Origin: Bugula neritina
Lineage: Eukaryota > Animalia > Bryozoa
Assembly: GCA_964035545.1 (NCBI GenBank)
Contig: OZ037765.1
Location: forward strand, 9,868,698-9,932,697
Length of the DNA stretch: 64,000 nucleotides
Direction: 5' to 3'
The notes beneath the pieces were generated by a model, which worked only from the letters and a program-made list of their open reading frames with translations, ran no database searches and was not told where the DNA came from. Each line of letters starts with the position of its first letter. Within the stretch, counting starts at the first letter, position 1. This document shows positions 24,778-43,703 of this stretch, piece after piece. Both the position numbers and the translations under genes were made by a program.

Positions 24778-27700
24778 ATGACTTCTTCTAACCCTGCTGG
24801 TATCAAGCCTCTCCTTGAAATTCTAGTGGTGGCTTTTTGCATTATTCACTGGGTGAATTCAGGTTAGTATTTTGGCTAGTACATATATTAAACCAAGCTA
24901 TGTGGGTGGGTGCTTATTTTACCTGGAAAATAACAATATTTATGAGCAAGTACACTCTTATGCTTCTATTATAATATAATTAATCTCGGAGTTATGTAAT
25001 TAGATTAGAATATTATAATGAATTTTACCAGAATAGTCTTATATAGCCAGTTGATAATTACACCAGCATAACATCTAGCTATGTTAAGTTAGATTTAAAA
25101 CTGCCAATCATTTTGAAAATCAAAGAAGCAACCAGTAACTGCTAGTAACTTATACCAGCATCATTGGATGTCTAAAATTTGAAACATTCTCTTCTCCACC
25201 CTTCTCAGTCATGTGCCTGAAGAATAAAGGCTAGAAGTTTGTTATACTGCTGCAAAATGTATTCATCTTCAAGTAAAGGCTGCTAGCCTTACGATTTTTT
25301 TCATTTCAATTGTAATTCTTCTAGTGCCATTGTATCAACATAACTTTTTTTATTACCAAGAGAAGTAAATTACATTAAGCCAAGTCATCAATAATTACAT
25401 TTTCTAAATTTTAATGGCTCATAAATTCTCAGAATTTTTATTGCCCACTTTCATGAGAAATCCCATTTTATGTTAGTCTGGCTACAGTATGTCACATTAT
25501 GATTACATTGAAAGTAACTGTATCTATTGTATTTGCAGCCTTTTGTTGGCCCATAATATAATATTTGCATTGCAACTTTTTCCTAATTGTCACTATTATA
25601 TTAATGGTCTTGAGTTTGAAAAAGGCACAAAAATTTAATGTTTGCTCAAGTTGCCTGCTAAAAGGCACTTAAGCCTGTACAGCTATGGCAAGATGAAACA
25701 AGTTATCCATGGATTGTATCACTGTAGCCACCTTCAGCTGTCTTTTAATTGAATTTTATGACTTCACATTATCACAATAGCATATATTAGTGTAGATTTT
25801 GTGAGAAAAACCTGCTGATACTGATGAAAGGTCAAAAATGAAATCCTGACTGTTCCATTTTGAAAAAAAGGCACCAAAGATTTCCATGCTTAGTGTTTAC
25901 ATCTAAATGACAAATGTTAACAGTTGATTTCTACTCTCAATATGTATTGGCAACAGGTTGTGATTTACATTCTTAATGGGCCTATATACCTATACGTTAA
26001 TTATAACTTTTACCTAAACATACTGTGATGTTCTAGATTGTAAAGTTGACTATGTTTCAGATACTGGAGGCTATCAAATCTACTCAAAATGTGAGGGCAG
26101 ACTTGTGTCACTCACATGTGATGCCGGAGAAGTTATAGAAATAAAAGGGCTCTCTGTTCAATATGGACCCCTCATAACAGACAACATGTGTTTGGATACT
26201 GATGATATCAGCTCCAATGATACAGACTGCCATGTCAGTGATGTGGACAGTTATGGAGTAGTTAGTAACCTGTGAGTGAATTCACCTTACTCTAACAACC
26301 TTGATATATAGGATTGCTGATTTTATTATTGTTACAATGAGAATACATATTACATTTCCTTAAAATTTGCATGTTTTGGGTATCTTTTTCATAATTTCAT
26401 ACAGAATAATATACTACATGTAGCTTTAAGCACTTGCATTCTAACTTCTTTTTTATAATTTTTTTTAGAAATTTTATTTACTTACAAAAGACCTGCTTAA
26501 TCTACAGTTTTAGTTTTATAACCAAATTACTGACAAATGTATATTTTATTTCACGATTTCGACAAAGGATAGGTTAGAATGATCAAAAAAACTATAATTT
26601 TTGTGCAGGTGCCATGCTAAGGATTACTGTTCATTTGTTGTGAATGATGGCCTGTTCAACCTTGGAGTTGGTTGTGATGTTATAGATACTATGCACAGTC
26701 AGCTTATCTTTCTCTATAGATGTGCAGCACGTAAGTTATCTCCCCCACTCTGCAGCATGCTAGAACTTCGTAATAGCATAATATAATATATATCATATAC
26801 AGGATTACTACATTGGTAAAAATATATTATAATATAATCGGTAAATAGCCATATAGTGGCGTTTCTTTAGGTGCAGCTCCTGTTTCAACTGAAGGTATAA
26901 TTGTATTGCACTCTTTTACTAATTCCACATTTAAAAACATTCATCATTTTTGCTAACCCAAAAACTATACCATGCGATACTAATGAGTTTTATTAATATA
27001 GTAAGCATGGCAGTGATTTGTTCAATAAAACACCAGTTTTTACTAACTGTCACTAAGCATGCTTTGATCTCAGAGTCAAAAGAACTAACAGCAGTAGGTT
27101 TGAAAAGAATACTATCTAGTCAACATCTAATTTAAAATCTATAATCTTCCATAACCACCATCACAAGTTTCCGGCACAGTGATCTGTAGCCAAAATATAG
27201 GACTCTTGTTTTTTACTTCTCTTGCTACTCAACATTTCATCTATTTAGTTAATCAAACTTCAGCCTAGTTCTATGTGAGTGAATTAGGCTACCTCCTCAC
27301 TCATTAGTCTTTCCTACTTTCTCCTTGACTGCATGTGTAGGTGGGTTGTAGAGTGAGTAAAGTCTGTAAAAGCTTAATGATTATTGCTGTCAAAAGCTAT
27401 AAATTATGGTGTATAGTCTAAATGATCAGATTATAAAATTATTCATCAGTCAAATATGTATCAGAACTTTTGATTTGCTATTTCACTCAGTGCCTTTATA
27501 CTTAGAACTGCATTCTGCTTTGTAGAAACTAATATTCTAATTTACTTTTTCCGCACCATTAAATTTGCTTAATTATGTTTTCATTTCAACGTTTCTTGTA
27601 AGAGAATATAATATAGTGGGCCTTTGCTCAATCTACTAATGATTTAGTTAGATCTTTGATATTCACTATTGCGGTACATACTGTTGGCTTGGATCATTTT

Positions 27701-30700
27701 ATATACTAATTGAATGCTGGTTTGCACTACTTGAACCTCTTCTCTATATAAAACAGTTGGCCACAAAGTTTGACACTTGTAACCCAAACTGCCTCTACTA
27801 CAACAATGCCAGAGGGGAAATTAGCTGGTTATTGCACATGTTTGAATATTATCATTTTACAAGATTTTATTACTCGTATGGTTAAATTGAAGTGCTGCGT
27901 TGAAGTAACAAAAATATTTAGGTTACATTTTACCAGTCAGGTTCTACTAAAATCATAATGTTTGGCTACAATAACAGTTGCCCTTTGTTTCCCAGATTTT
28001 ATCACGGTGGGAGTTAGGGTAGAAAAATGTTAATAGCATAAGTTCTTTAACTTCCTGAATAAACTTTAGTTCCGCACTCAGGTGGGAACTTTTGCTAAAA
28101 AGTAACTTCTTTTGCTCCCTTTCTAATCTTTTCTCAATTTCTCCTTTATGCTGCACCTACCTCAAGTGAAATTACCAGAGCCCTTGCATAATTAAATAAT
28201 CCCGAGGCTCCATGATTGCCTAGTCATATTGACTTGTCACAGAAGCTTGATGGCTTAATGCATTTTTATTATATCAATGATGTAATTGCCATGTGCCCTC
28301 CTAACCCCTATTCTACCTGATACACTTGCCGTTCTACTAAATACTAATTCACGCCTGGCACTGCCAGAATAAATCTCTTTTTGACTCATGATAAACATGA
28401 CATGTTGAATAAAAGGATTTTTCCAGAAACTTGGTAAACAGAGGTAAACTGTTGATGCTTTACTAACAATTCTGTGCCTTTTAAAGTTCAACTAATACAT
28501 TGCTTTTCTTTTTGCTACTAATTAGCTTCTAGTGTTGGGGGTGTGGTGACAAGAACTCGTACCTTGCCCACCATTGAGCCAACACCTACATTGGTCTTAC
28601 TGTGTACGAATGGCAGCTTTAAGATAGAACATTGTGCTAACTGGACGTGTGTTGATGGATTATGGCTGAAGACAGCGGTCACGAGTCACCTATTACCACC
28701 CGAGTGTGCTAATTCTACAGCTCCGTTCAACTTCACACTGTCTGTTTCCACTTCTACTGCTGCTACTTCTGGTACTATTAATAACACTAACCTCATTCTC
28801 TATTAACTTGGTATTGGTAAATTTGGGTATTATTTAAAGCAAACTCTGTTATTTCCTTGCCAGAGTTTGCTTTGACTTGAATATATTTCAATTTATTACA
28901 TTATGATTACTATTAGTTTCTATAGACAAATTCCTATTGCTGTAGTACCCAATAGTGCATTAGGATTTCTTAGATTTTTCAACATTTCTGAAATAAATAT
29001 TGCTTTTAGTTCAAAAGCAAAGTTATATAAAATAACATTTTATAGTATGTTATTACACTATTGTACATAAAAATTCTTCAACTAAATTTTATCTTTTTTG
29101 AAAAATAATGTGTGCATTTAGTCTATGCAAAGTCTGGAAACAGGAGTGTATATGTTCTGTGTAAGCATAAAGTAAGGGCAGGGGAACGTAGGATACATTG
29201 GGGGGGGGGGGTGAAAAAAGCTGCTAGCATTTGATGATTCATGTCATTGTTCACTGTTCCCCCCCTACACTTTCAACAACATACAATAACTCCTAATTCA
29301 ATTAGGTCGAGCAGCTAATCACTCCAATACTACTTGAGGCTGCCCAACATGTGGGCTGTGATGCATTGCTTTCTGTACGACATGATATATTTGATTTGCT
29401 TCACAGCTTTGCTCTTATCTTCTGACTCATCAATTGATTTTGTCGTCTGCTGCCAATTTGTCAGTAGTATAAAGTTTCCTCATCATTCTCTGTGTGGGCG
29501 AACAAACGCTCTTCTGGTGAAATATAAATATTTAAAATTTATCTGTGCTCAAACATTAAATAAAAGTCATTAGAATGTATTTATAGATGCGTTATCAAAT
29601 GTTATAAATTGATATCTATTATTCTAGTTATAGAGTTTAAATAGATTATGTGCACTTTGGGTGATTTGAATGATACAAAGTTTTTACAGCAAGATACTTA
29701 CATGCAATTTAGAGTTTTCTTTGCATCTGCAACATCTCAAGCGATGCTGTTCCAATTTTCTAGTCAAAGTGTGTAAACATGGCATTTATTCAGGCATATT
29801 ATTAGTTCTCTTGAAGTATAGTACTTCCTAACCCTATTGGCTCTTGATTGAGAATTGCTAATTATTTGGTACCTCTGTTGTTGTAGCGCCCCAGTGCACA
29901 GCTCACAATGCATCGTATTTAGACACAACAATATTGTGGCCAGATACATCTGCAGGCGTTGTCAGGTATCACAGGTGTCCTGGTAACACTTTAGCTTCTC
30001 CAAAAAACATAAGTCGACGGTGCAGTGGAGATGGTGTATGGGAAGATATGGACACCAGCAACTGTCTGCAGACATTTGATGATATGCTGCATAAGGTTAG
30101 GCCTTTAGGGTGTTGAGATAACATGACTTGGCATAATTACATAACAATGTGTAGTAAACAAGGAATAGCTCAGCATGCACTCGGTCAACTTGTTTAGTTG
30201 AGTAAGTGATAAGTAATTTGTCAGACAAATAGTGGTACTCATATTGACAACTCAGCAACTCTGTGATTCATGTGGCCGATATAGAGTTCTGTACCAGAAA
30301 ACAGCGCACTTTGTTAAAAGATAGAAATTAGGTAATTTATGTAGATGGATATTTTGCTTAATTTGCAAATTATTTATGCATAAACCATCATTGCATGCAG
30401 GAAGAAGTGTTGCTACTTCTAGATTAAGATAAGCTATATTTCACAAATGTCTATCAATAGCTCATCAATATTTCATTAATTCAAGTAAAATCACATTTGA
30501 TAGGTGGTGGAATCAGATGAAGATTTAGAGGAATTATCTTCTCAGTTAGTTACCAAAGCAAACACCACGTCGATAGACTCTGAGGATATAGCTACTTTCT
30601 CACAAATTCTGACCAATGTCTCAGCAAATATCAACCGGTTTCCATCCATAAACGAAACAAGTATTTTGACTATAACTCAGGTGAGACAGTATACTGTAAA

Positions 30701-33700
30701 TAAATTTTAAACTATTTTGATTTTAAGCAATTTTTATTCTTCATATTCGATCTACCCTTTGTCAATACAAAACACTTTTTGTTAGTATCATAAAAATCTG
30801 CTTTTAATAGTCTGCTGATTAACGAAATAATTTGTGGTCTCAACTAACTCTTTGTTTTCACACTGCTATGTTAATTTCTCAGGCATGTTAGCAGTTGGGT
30901 TTTCTTACATTGGCTCTTGTGGCATAGCTATTGGTTATTTATATAGTTATATATATTATATAGTTGTTAGTATAAGTTGATGTTCAACATTATTCAACAT
31001 CAGCTCTAGTTTGATGAGTATCTAAAGATTTCTGGAGGAGTTTTAGTAGAATAGTTTCATTCAGTTCTTTTACGATGAATACTCTTTGCCATGCTTGCAG
31101 TCATCAATTTCCATTACATGCACCAAATGACTAATATCAATTCCATTCATTGCTATTTCATAATTACTATATATTACTCATATTTTTGAAATTTTATCTC
31201 AACTGGAATAAAACTTAATTAAATTGCTTGAAAATATGTTGCAGAATTTTTAGTTTTTGCTTATAAGGGCCCTTCTTTTATAGAGTTCTATAAATCTACC
31301 TTATTTTAGCATTACCTGCAATATGCATGCCTTGAACATTAAAATCAAATCCTGTCTAAACCTCAGTACCTATGTTGATTTTTCTTTTTTTCGTTTGCCA
31401 ACTTTGTAACTTCCTTGGAAGTTTGGTTCACACTTTAGATAGGAAGTTAGTGGCATTTGAGGTTTGCTTTTATTATTGAGAGGGAAGCCACAGGGTAAAA
31501 ACTGTCAGCTATTACAGTGTTCAGATGTTTATTACTCATCCCTTGCTGTCGCTGCCTGTCAGTGTACATTAACAGAAAACACAGAGTGCACCCAAATAAC
31601 ATTTAAAACTGCCATTGTGAGATAATCAACTTCCAAATCATAAAATTGTGTTTTGGGTATTTCAATAAAATATTCTTAAAATTGCTTACAGCTGTTTTCA
31701 GACAAACATGTTTTCCATACAATATTGGAAGGCCAAAAACTAAGAACGTTTGCCAGTTTATCCATTCTAGTGATGGAAAGTTATGGGTACATATTTCATT
31801 GTGAGTCACCTTGGAGTACTTTAAAGGTTCTTTTAGCCTAGTTTTTATTTATTCTTGATTTTTTCAAATGGTAAACATGTTAGAATGTTTTTGTTGAATT
31901 TGGCAACCAAGTTATGCAATCACATCTGTGCTTAACTCCAAAGAAGTTTTATTTCATAAAATTTTTATTCAGATATTGTAAAAAGCTCAACAACTTTTGC
32001 AGAACTGCTTTACAGCTGCTGAGAAGATTCTGAGTAAACCAGGTGACCCGGCGTGGTCGGCAGCATCAGAGGAAAATAAAACATCCCAGGCTCTATTGAT
32101 AGCATCATCGTTGGAAACTGTGGCTAGAAAGGCAGCATTTGCTGTCAACAGTAGCTTCAGCATCAGCACTTGCTCTATTGGTAAGTGAATCTTCCAGAAC
32201 AATTGATAAATGCCTAATTAATCTCATGATCAGATTGTGGTTGAGAGTCAGTATGACAATTAGGAGATTACTTTAATTTTATTTTAAAAAGTGTTTAGTC
32301 GACATTCTTTCTTTCAATGGTGACTTAAGCCTTTGCCAAGAAGATAAAATCACAAAAGCGTAACTTAATGCTTTTATTACAACTTTCCATCATAAAATCA
32401 CTTGATATCAAACTCTATTTAAATTGTTCTGCTCAGTCAACATTCCAGTTCAATCATTATTAGCTTGTAATTCAAGTCGGTAACTGTATTTGTATTACTA
32501 ATGTTTTAATTCAACTAATTTGATAAGAAATTTCATAAGTAGGCTAGAAAAGTTCCAAAATTAAGCGTTAATTGTTTTATGAAATTCTCATGGAAAGATG
32601 GCTTATTTCTCAAGGTCAACTAGATTCCATTTTTTTTGTGATTCTATGACACCATTTTGTTAGCTGAATTTCATTAAATTGATTCATGTACGGTAATTTA
32701 TAAAATTGACAGTAAAACCTTATGAGTAAATGTGCTATAATAGTTTTTTTGTCTTATAATTTGTTTTATGAACTACTAAAAACTTCAGCAGCTGTTGCTT
32801 TATTTGATTTCTTTAGTTGTCTTTTCTCCAGTGTATACTATAACTTTACTTCATGCTCAGTTCGACTTCGTAGCTTTCTAGTTATGTGCCCCAAAATTTC
32901 TAGTAAATATCTGCAGGAGCTGTTCTGGCTATCAAATTGTTTAAAAGATCCGATTCACAAGGTTATCTTGCTGATAACCTTCAAGTCAAACTAAACTTTA
33001 ATTCCATCGAAAATTATATTGTATTACTGTTGCTATTTAGAGATAATCTTGCATTTGTTCAAGATATCATAAAACATTTTGATATTATTATTAAAGTCAT
33101 GAATATAAATTTTGTTACTTGAAAATTACTGTAACATACATGCATATTTCATAAATATTTTTTATCTACTGGTTGAATCATTTTGTAGAATATTTTGTAC
33201 AAGTTGTCAACCTTAGCAGCAGAACCTCGGAGCCCTTGTCAGTGAAAGGAAAGGGGGTTTCTATCACCTTCCCTATAGATAACTTTCAACCCTCCAAGTC
33301 CACATCAAATGGTATTTGATTTGACACATGCATTTACTTGAATTCTTATATGCAAGTACATTGGGGCCACTAATTTGGCTGAATTTTACAATTATTTTGC
33401 TATTTTGATTTTTGGCTTCATTTTTATATAGTTCAAGACTTTCAAAAAAGTGTTCCATTTATTTTTCTAGTTTTAAGGTTTCGTTCTTTTCAATTAGTCT
33501 GTATATTCTTCAGAATACGGAAAGCTGGTGACAGTGTTTTATAACAGCAGCTCTGAGATCTGGGGAGCTCAGGTGGTCAATTCGTCAGTTTTTTCTGCAA
33601 GCCTTATCAATGGTGATAAAGGTTTAGACACAGCAAGAATGCAGCTGTCTAATCCTTTCACCTACACTCTTCACCATGAGATCACAAGCAAGGATCAGCT

Positions 33701-36700
33701 GCCAAAATGTGTCTTCTGGGAGGAATCTCACCAGCCAGGGTACTGAGACATTTCTTCTATTTTTAGAATATACCTTTGGAACTTAGATAGAATATATCTG
33801 TAGAATATAGAACATAGTATATTTGTATAATATAGAACAGAGCATATCTGTAGAATATAGAACATAGTATATTTGTATAATATAGAACAGAGCATATCTG
33901 TAGAATATAGAACAGAGTAAAACTGTATAGTATAAAGCAGAGTATATCTGTAGAATATAAAGCAGATTTTATCTGTAGAATATAAAGCAAATTATATCTG
34001 TAGAATGTAGAACAGAGTGTATCTGTAGAATGTAGAACAGAGTGTATCTGTAGAATAAAGAACAAGGTATATATGTAGAACATAGAGCAGAGTATATCTG
34101 TAGAATAACCTCATGCTTGTTATACTAGGCACTGGTCAGAGGAAGGCTGCAGAGTTGCTCAGACTAACAAGACTCGTACTGTATGCGAGTGTGATCACCT
34201 GACCAACTTCGCTATTCTTATGGACGTGAGAGATTCACCCAGTACCTTTCCGGAAGACCACGTCACCTATCTGCAAATATTTACATACGTTGGCTGTTCC
34301 ATATCTGTCATTTGTCTCCTGCTCTCATGGCTTACTTTCCTCTGTTTGAAGTATGTGTATTCTGGACAATATCACTTTTTAGAGCTAACTAGATAACATT
34401 GTTTATTCGAAATTTCTCTCACAGCAAGTAGTGTGTTGTTGATAGTTGTTAAGGTATTTTGGTATTAATTGATCTTTTTCGCTGATACCAAGAAATTAGC
34501 AGCCCAAGTTTTATCATTTTTCAGAGCACAAATGACAATGGGTATAATATATAACTCAAAGTTTTTCTGATGAATTATTGGTGAATTACAACTCTGCAGT
34601 TTTAGTGAAACTTGTGCTCCTATTTTAATATGCTACAAAAATTAAATCTTGGCATGTAATTTATCTTGATCATAAAATCTCTGCTGATTAATTATGTAAA
34701 GTGTGATATCAAAATTGTTCACTGCATGCCGCATAATGTGTAACTTTGGTTGACACCCTACCATGATGTATCTTGCAGCAGCTTCGGATTTGGTATCCAA
34801 CATTATTTAGCACAATGATATTATCATTTTAGTGCTTCTTTACTTACAGCTCTCTCGCTGCCTAGTAGAACAGTTATTTTTAAATTTCAGCAGTAATGTT
34901 TATAAAACTTAAGTTATTACTCATTTGACAGGAATCTAAGCAGTGATAGAAACACTATCCACAAGCACCTAGTGTTTACATTAATGTTGGCTGAAGCTTT
35001 GTTTCTTGTGGCTATTTATCCAGAAGTACCGGGAAATTATAAGGTATCAATAATCTCTTGCAATACAGTCAAGGCATCAGTGCTGTCTGTGTCATTTATT
35101 ATTGGACATGACTTAAACAGCTCTTATTTCTGATATTCAGTTGATAAACTAAACATTCTACTAATTTGATGACCCCTGCATATTTGTGTGCATTACTGCT
35201 ACTGAGATATTTTCAAAAGGGAAATTCTTACACAGTAAGCACGTCACACACTCTACTTAGCAAATAGCTCATTGTAATGCATTACCTTTACACACACTTA
35301 ATTGACTTGGGTGATTTTAACAGTCTGGCATTGACATAATATATACTGCTGTCATGTTTGTAAAAATGTATGGAATTTTGTAGACTTTCTGCTCAGTGTT
35401 GGCTGGAATACTTCACTATTTGTTTCTGTGTGTGTTTGCATGGACGTGCCTTGAAGGGGTGCAACTTTACATTATGCTAATAGAAGTGTTTGAAGCTGAA
35501 CATTCTAGAACCTTGTATTATTACCTGGCTGGTTATGGTATCCCGGGAATAGTTGTCTCAGTGTCAGCTGCCATCAACCCGACTGGCTACGGCACCGAGG
35601 ACGCGTGAGTGTACTAATGATCACATTGTCACTTGAATCACTATCTCTATCTTCATACTTTACTAGTAAAAAGCGATATGTAGAATTACTTAGTGTTTCA
35701 CCATAAAGTAGTCATTTTAAAATTCAATGAGAAATAATTCTTCTAACAAGTATGTGATGCATTTTGATCAAAAGCGGGGATATGATTAAAAGAGTGTGTT
35801 ATGCTGATCAATAACAGATGACTCAATGGCCAATTATTCAGTTCTCCACTCCATATGATAGCCCCTGGCAGGGAACCAAATCTACTCAATATACTCTTTA
35901 TGGACAACACTCAGCCATATGCCACTACAGCCCATTATCTACTTGAGATGGTTTATTAATTTGGAATCACGTTAGAGACATGGTTTTAAATTTCATTATT
36001 CGTGATGTTGTGATTTAATTAATTAATAAAACTGTATTATTATGTTAAATACTTTTTATAAATTCTCAGTATAAGATGATTCACTATAATTTTAGATGCT
36101 GGTTAAACGTTGACAAAGGATTTATCTGGAGTTTTGTTGGGCCCGTAGCAGTTGTAATGTTGGTGAGTAACTCTATTTCTTATCAAGTAAACTGTAGTTA
36201 TTTGATAAATAAATAAGCCTAATAGTTGTGGCAGGTTACAGCAGCATATCTCGCAGTTATTGATGCTATTTATGGTATGCCTTGTATCCTTGTGTTTCAC
36301 ATAACTATGCCTGTACATGCAGGTAAACGTAGTGATGCTGGCTATAGCAATATACATGATGTACAATCATGCTAGAATGACAGCCAATATGAAACATCAT
36401 GAAAATAACAAAGGAAATAGCATCAGGTTAGTTGCACTAACTTTCTCCTGGAAATGATAGTAGTCAGTATTCATTCAGCATTACCTCAAATAACTGAAAT
36501 ACAATGTATACTATATATAGACAAAACTTGTGCATTGTTTTTGTAAAATATTTTTACATAATCTGTTTTTTTTTTCTAGAAATTATCTGAAATTTACATT
36601 TTTCATTTTACATTTAGCAATCTTAATACATAGTTTTACTCACGGGTGTAAATTGCAAACCATTAGCCAGAAAAATGTTTTTCAATGGCATAATTATACT

Positions 36701-38718
36701 ATCTAAAAGGAATATAGGTAGGTAAACAGATTTGTTTATTGTATAAATTGAAATTTTAGAGCATGGTTCAAAGGTGCACTAGTACTGGTAATTCTTCTGG
36801 GCTTAACTTGGAGTATTGGGTTTGTGTCTATCAGTGGTGAAGAGAGTCAAACAGCTAAGCTGGTAATGGCGTACATATTTACCATTCTCAACAGTCTCCA
36901 AGGCCTCTTCATATTCATCTTCCACTGTATCCTGAATGACAAGGTAAACCTTTTAAATACTAGAGAATTCATTTCTTTTGCATCCCTATTAGCTAGTAGT
37001 GCTAAGCCAATATAGGGAATATCCAATATGGTGAAATAAAGTGGCTGCTAAATATCATTTTAGTATTTCTAGTACTAATTTTTTTGTCAAATATTTTTAA
37101 TATTTTATGTTTTCGATATAACTTGTGTTCTATCAAATGTGTTCATCTTGCACTAGAAAAATTGTAGTGTATATTCCAAGGCAAAGTGGCATAGCAATTT
37201 GAATAACAGTATTGGAGAAGTCCTACCAGTGGTGACCAAAACATCATGACTAAAAAATAAATACAAAACTAGTGAAAACTGACTTTTATTTTTAAGGGTA
37301 GGGTAATTGTATGTAAATTGTAATTATTCCTTGCTAACAACGAGGCTCTAAAGTGTGTCATTTATTAGCTGTAAACATTTTTAAGTTTTTGCACAGGTTC
37401 AAAAGGAGTATAAAAAGTTAGTAAGACGCACACAATGGCTTCCTGACTGCTTCCGGGCAAAGTATGGAGAACATAGGGGCTTGTCATCCGTACCATCTCA
37501 CTCTAGCGGTTCTAATGGAGTATGTATTTTATTTCAAGCTCTACCCATCATTATCTTATACTGAAAAAAAAACGTATTTTCAGTGGGTTAGCCTGCTCTT
37601 TGTCTTGGTTTCTTGAATAAAGTCTTATCAGATAGATCTTGATATTTTAGTACTTGGCCCGAGTTTTCTCCCGTAGACGGAAATCAGCAGATTTTATAAC
37701 TGGGTCTTTAAGAGCAAAGAAGCACATGTCTGTTAACTGTAATGAAGAAGGTTGTGTTAATAAAGAGGCTTCCACTCCACTCACTGACAGCGTATCTTCA
37801 TCTAATCCGCAAGGTTAGTGTTTATTCATTTCAGTATTTTAAATTTATTCATCCTAGAAATGGTTTAATTAAATTGATATATTGTGCACTTCAAAGAGCT
37901 AATCCCTAAGGCTTCTATTATATTGTAAAATTTATGTTTATCAAACATTCCAAGTGCTCATAATTTCAGTTGTAAATAGAGTTGCCTTTTCTCACAAAGC
38001 AGGGAAAACAACTCCAAAGCAAATGGGGTTTAGAATTTATATTCAAATAAAGATTAGTTAATTGCTGTTCAGTGGTGTTTATCTTTCACCATAAAGTATT
38101 ATGGCTCAATGGCACAGGCTTTTATTGGAGTCAACAATAGATGATCTACGGTGCTAAAGATCTTCTTTTTATCACCAGCTGCTCAAAATCCATATGCTGA
38201 GATACAAAACTTTGTTGGCTTGTACTTGTAACTGGTTTTATTTGATCTACCTTTTCTTTTGACTAAAATAATATAATGGAATTGTTTAAATAATTAGTAA
38301 TCATAAGTTATGTATCTATCAACTTGATTCATTGATGCTAAAGGAAGCTTTATTGAAAAGGGAATTCAAAACTGTTCTGCATTCTAAACTTTTAATGGTT
38401 GCATAATGCACATGTGGATTCCATGAGCTTTATCTACATCAAGGATTGATTTTGGTATAGATTTCCTCAGCAGCTTCTTATTTTAGAACATTATACATAT
38501 CCTAAGAATATCATTAAACCTTTTAATTCATATTAAAATGTGCATTGGTAATAAGGTTTAAATTAAATGATGGGTGTTTATTTTTTACTCTTGGGCTGTA
38601 GCCGTGTTCATGTTTTGGAGTTGTCATTTTGTACTAGTGCTTTTCTCTTTTAGTTCACAAAGAATCAGATAAAGTGCTATCACCATGTGAGGCAAAACTG
38701 GTTCCGACATTTTGTTGA
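24778..38718 (+). CDS. Latrophilin/Cirl-like adhesion GPCR (SUEL lectin, HormR, GAIN/GPS, 7TM)
   Basis: Exons approx. 24778-24862 (signal peptide), 26061-26271 and 26609-26730 (lectin, [14 protein letters not shown]), 26871-26894, 28526-28771, 29887-30094 (HormR, WPDTSAG...RRCSGDGVW), 30504-30680, 31973-32180, 33190-33311, 33514-33739, 34129-34350 (GPS WSEEGC...[16 protein letters not shown]1), 34932-35042, 35384-35604 ([28 protein letters not shown]), 36097-36162, 36323-36427, 36760-36943 ([14 protein letters not shown]), 37397-37519, 37651-37813, 38654-38718 (ends LVPTFC*). Confidence 0.92.
33765..34107 (+). repeat. ~25-bp minisatellite filling the intron before the GPS exon
   Basis: Unit AGAGTATATCTGTAGAATATAGAAC with variants, including a 50-bp higher-order duplication; intron is 33740-34128. 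Confidence 0.93.
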
Positions 38719-39582
38719 TCTGTGAGCCCAAGACAAACATTTTTTACTCACATTTCATTATGCTTATTTACTTATGCAAATCTTGAAGTTGTTTACGATG
38801 TTCATAATTGATGTTACATATTGTACCTGAGGCCTAGTCCTAGCTGTAAACTGTACATATTTTTTCTTTGATATTTTTTTCTCAATTCTTTTGGTGCTAA
38901 AACTCATTTTATAATTTAATCAAACAATGCATAATCTATATTACGTTGTCAAAATTTATATCTAGAATTTATATATTTTTATCAAAGTTATGCACAGCAC
39001 AAAATTGTTTACTGCAATATTCTCTTTATTATATAATAATATATTATAATTATATATATGTAGATATATTATAAATAAAGTATGTAATGACACTAATAAA
39101 TTTGACAAAATTTAAAATAAAAACAATAACAGCAAAAATTTGGTCGAGATGTAAAATTGACTAGCTGTTCAATGTAATGCCGAACCCTAAATGTGTATAA
39201 TAATGTAATGGAGTCTCAACAATATTCACTGTAGCAAACTCATAACATTCAGATGTAAAGTTGAAGTGGCTACAATCATGCCAACGATGGACATTTGTGT
39301 ATGGCATTAGAGAATAGTCAACATAAGCTAATGAAATTCTTTCTGTTACAAATTACTGAAAGCAAAATGTTGGCACTCGTTGCATGAGAATGTAAAATAT
39401 ACACAAGTAACAATATAAAATTTTCCAATTAAATTTTTTAGAGGAATATTTAACAATTTAAGCCACCATCAGGCTGATAACATTTATTGCACAAGAAAAT
39501 TAGTATAAATAGAAAAATTGCTATACAACAAAAGCTACGCAGTACTTGGTGCAATAACGTGTGCTCTCCTAAAAATTTATAG

Positions 39583-43703
<4,121 letters not shown>

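Noticed and set aside
27757-27830. Additional Thr-rich aGPCR exon ([15 protein letters not shown])
   Set aside because: Composition is plausible, but I could not reconcile its acceptor phase with the flanking phase-1 introns, so it is left out of the model.
29140-29270. G-run/C-run segment, possible G-quadruplex or TE remnant
   Set aside because: A single G homopolymer without clear termini or a second copy in the window; not enough to call.
33763-34083. 106-aa repetitive minus-strand ORF
   Set aside because: Translation of the 25-bp intronic minisatellite.
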